Made by a program: the position numbers and the translations under genes
Shown: positions 41,926-45,073 of the stretch, in pieces
Numbering within the stretch: position 1 is the stretch's first letter
How the letters are laid out: every line of letters starts with the position of its first letter
Notes under the pieces: generated by a model
Told to the model about the DNA's origin: nothing
What the model saw: only the letters and a program-made list of their open reading frames with translations
Database searches by the model: none
Assembly (NCBI GenBank): GCA_905331295.1
Contig: CAJNYD010000431.1
Location: forward strand, 1 to 45,073
Length of the DNA stretch: 45,073 bases
Direction of reading: 5' to 3'
Source: Rotaria socialis
Lineage: Eukaryota

Positions 41926-42519
41926 GAAAAGTATTCTCACTTATTTCACTGTAATAGATACAGAATAAAAGTATAAATTTATCGAACGATATTGACGACG
42001 TGAACCAGTTGAGCGAAGTGTTTTATTCAGCAGGAGTCTATATAACTTACAAAACATAGATCTTTTGAAAGCATCAGTATAATAGACTCGATATTACTCA
42101 TGGTAGTTCGCCCCTTCGAAAAGTTTTGTCTACCCTGCTGACAACTGAATCCGCCCTTCCAGAGTGAAAAACCTAGATAAAACACTGGTTGAGAAAGCGA
42201 GTGAAGATCGTATAATATTGTTACGATACTACCGCTTTTCCTCTTCCGGCTATGTTGTTTATCGAAGATCGAACTTTTTTCTCGCGAGGAAAGTAGCCAA
42301 CCATTGTTCAACAGACGACATAAACATAAGGACATACTATATACATTATCAGTGTGTGGGCGGTGGGTGTAACTGAACTAAAGACACGCTCACACACCCT
42401 CACGTGTAATTAAAGTAATCAATAAACATTATAAACTTTAAGTTTAGTGTATGGGCGATTTACAGAAGCATTCGATAATCTAAGATATGTTCTACTTTAT
42501 GTCAGCGCTACAAGCCAAT

Positions 42520-43500
42520 TTGAACATCTAATGTGTACAGCAAACTTGTTTGTTATGATTAATAACACCAAATAAAATATCACCATCATACTCTATCGTT
42601 GTTCAAAATCCTCCAAGTCAATTGAGTGCCCAACCTTTTGGTAATGAAGTAAAACAATAGTATCGATCCATTGCACGTGTGAGGTTTTCATCGTATAAGG
42701 AATTATCAATAATATTAAAATCAAAAAGTATATTACTAGATGGTGATAATCCTGCATTTGGGGGTGAACCATATTCACCAGTAACTTGAATATTACGATG
42801 CTACACTTGTCAAGTTTATGATGATTATAGTGTGGTGCACTGCTCAAATAAAAAATAACCCAATTTACTTCTAATATGTTCAGCTTCATCCTAATAATAC
42901 AAAAAGTGATAATGCGATAAAACGTACTCAGTTCCAAGATGATCATATGACAAGAAATCCAAGTTGTCCAGTGAAATCAGACAAAAATGAAGAAAAATAA
43001 TGAAAAACTCAAGATTTCAATGGCTGACTATAATATATCTAAAAAGCAAATCGAAAATGTCCAAGGCCTTATTTCGAAATTAACCATAACCTCAATAGTA
43101 AATAATGAATTAAGTAAATGGGAAAATACAACGATAGCAAACACTGGATAATTTAAACGTTAAAAGTGAATTTTCGCTTTTACTATTAAAAATTTATCGT
43201 CTTAAGCTTAATTTGAATTCTTTATGTCATTATACGTATCTATTATTGTATTAAGCGGAATACGACATGAAAAACAAAACACATTGAAACACTTGTCAAG
43301 TCTTTTTTCAGGCAGTGTCAAACGCTTTTGGTGATTTCTTAATTACGGTACACCTTTCTGCTCCAATACAATGAACCATCAGCTTTGATAATGATTGTAT
43401 AACCTGATCGTTCTTGGCGTTGACAATTCTGTAAACAAATTACAATTAGTAACATGTTACTTTCCATTAAATGATGCACTTCGTCCAAATTCGAATACTA
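42520..43500 (-). pseudogene. Decayed intron-containing gene of unknown family
   Basis: Minus-strand protein-like reads HRNIQVTGEYGSPPNAGLSPSSNILFDFNIIDNSLYDENLTRAMDRYYCFTSLPKGWALN*LGGF*TTIEYDG and QERSGYTIIIKADGSLYWS, with in-frame stops and splice-like borders. Confidence 0.35.
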
Positions 43501-44565
43501 TTTTACTTGGAGATTAAATACTAAACGTAAACTGTGGTCCACTATAACAGGAAATCAAAAAGAACGTCTTTTTTATTTGAATGTTCAAATGGATATTACT
43601 GTCAAGTTATTAACAAATTTGTTGGTATGTTTTCTGGTGATTTTGTTGTATTTCTGTTTATTGAAAGTAATCATCATGCTACCATCTGGTCATCACCGTA
43701 TACAGTTCCCTGGAAAGATCGTTTTCTTCCAAACAAACGTACATATCGCATCTTATAGAAATTATTTATTATATTTATCTGTTCACTTTGGAACAAGCTA
43801 TATTACAATCATGCTGGACAAATTAGAGTTGTTCTGTTTGTACGAACGGATTTTATCTTTATCTTCTTTGCGGTCAGTTTATGTAGCTTATCCTAAGTAA
43901 AACATCGATATTCCCAGGAACAATTGGTCTAGTTCAACATAAACGGTATTATCTGCATTTTATTAGAAGAACACAGTATCCATACCATATTATAAGATTA
44001 AAATTACTTTCTCAATACATACGAAAAGTTCATCGACAGTTCTCACGTTATTGCCAACCAATAGAAGGTATTCTACACTATCATGTGACTATCTCATCTC
44101 CAATTAAAATCTGTAATGTAGCAGCTAGACGATTTTATTCGGGACAATTTTCTGACCATGTAAATAAACGATATGTAGTGGAAATTTAAGCTGATTTAGT
44201 GGATCAAAAATTGGGACAAGAGCTAAAACATTCGAAATTATATTATTTTATTAGTATTAAATTCAATTGTGTTAAAATAGCTATTGTATCATTAAAGAAC
44301 CAAAGTAACTATTCGCCGCTTTTGAGAGAAAGGGGGATAGGTAGACTCTATTGACGTGAAGCCCCAAGTCCTCAAAAATAGAATATTGTATATGTTCTTC
44401 TTCATTTATTACAAGTATGCTACTTATCAATCAATTGAGCTAAGCTTAGCTCTCACCTTGGTTAGTGCTAATCAGATGAATACTCTACTGAGTACTTAGT
44501 GGCTACTCAAATTGTGATACATGAAATCTACTGTTCTCCTCTTTTAATTAAAGCAATATACTACG

Positions 44566-44760
44566 ACATTCTAAAAAAATCGGTTTATTACTGAACGGGT
44601 ACCCACGATAAGAATCTTTGCGGTTTTGTATCAATTTTCTGAACCTAAAAGGGTTTAGCCGATAAAGACCGAGCTTTTTAGGTTCTGTAAAACGGCACGA
44701 AACTACAAAGGATCTTATCCTGGGTACAGGTTCGGTGTTTAATCGATACTTTTGGAGTGT
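44566..44760. mobile_element. Degenerate fold-back (palindromic) MITE-like element, ~195 bp
   Basis: The two halves are imperfect reverse complements along nearly the full length, e.g. GTACCCACGATAAGA vs TCTTATCCTGGGTAC and GAACCTAAAA vs TTTTAGGTTC. Confidence 0.7.
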
Positions 44761-45041
44761 ACTAAAATTAAAATTTACTTCCAATATCGTTGTTTTATTT
44801 CTATCGAACTATGGAAAAAAAGCAATCAAATAGTATCTATTTAAATGAGTGTTTATGCAGTCTTATCTGTCCTTTTGTTTGCTGAGTAAACAGAAATAAA
44901 ATTTCTTATATAAGAAGCAAAAAACAATGATTACACTAGTGCAAGAATATATATAACATATAATTCTGTTATCTTCAGTACTGGTGAAGTTGAAATTTTG
45001 TTATATTATCAATATTAAATCAAAGTAAGACTTTCAAAAAA

Positions 45042-45073
45042 ATGCGGAGCATACCCGAGATTATTGGACTTGA
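45042..45073 (+). CDS. Start of a tandem paralog of the M13/neprilysin-like gene (3' truncated by window)
   Basis: ATGCGGAGCATACCCGAGATTATTGGACTTGA is identical to 38295-38326. Upstream 44850-45041 is recognisably similar to 38107-38294. Confidence 0.85.
   Translation, partial: MRSIPEIIGL

Noticed and set aside
41690..42120. Possible solo LTR (TG start, AATAAA, TGG after CA)
   Set aside because: No matching TSD, second LTR or convincing primer-binding site.

Overview
AT-rich eukaryotic (metazoan) genomic DNA with many ~50-60 bp spliceosomal introns. The intron style, lineage-type GPCR and interspersed non-metazoan-looking genes suggest a bdelloid rotifer; this is inferred, not proven. The left ~22 kb is an accessory zone. 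It holds the end of an S1 serine protease, two hAT-type MITEs with 8-bp TSDs, an intron-containing S1/P1 nuclease with a C-terminal membrane anchor, tRNA-Ser(GCU), a 7TM receptor and a secreted His/Lys-rich disordered protein. It also holds an apparently intronless, disrupted lipase-3 (EDS1/PAD4-like) to GTPase fusion gene with a near-identical partial second copy. Between the copies is a hairpin-bounded 4.5-kb block of decayed coding DNA that includes a PB1-like gene. A bacterial/fungal-type GNAT acetyltransferase and a Cys-rich PH-like protein follow. The right half is mostly conserved intron-rich genes: Twinkle head-to-head with PQBP1, a cytoplasmic intermediate filament protein, EFTUD2/Snu114, and a neprilysin/M13 homolog that lacks the HExxH zinc motif. 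A tandem paralog of that gene starts at the window edge. One N at 10499 marks a probable assembly overlap artefact. All family calls come from motif recognition by eye; no searches were run.
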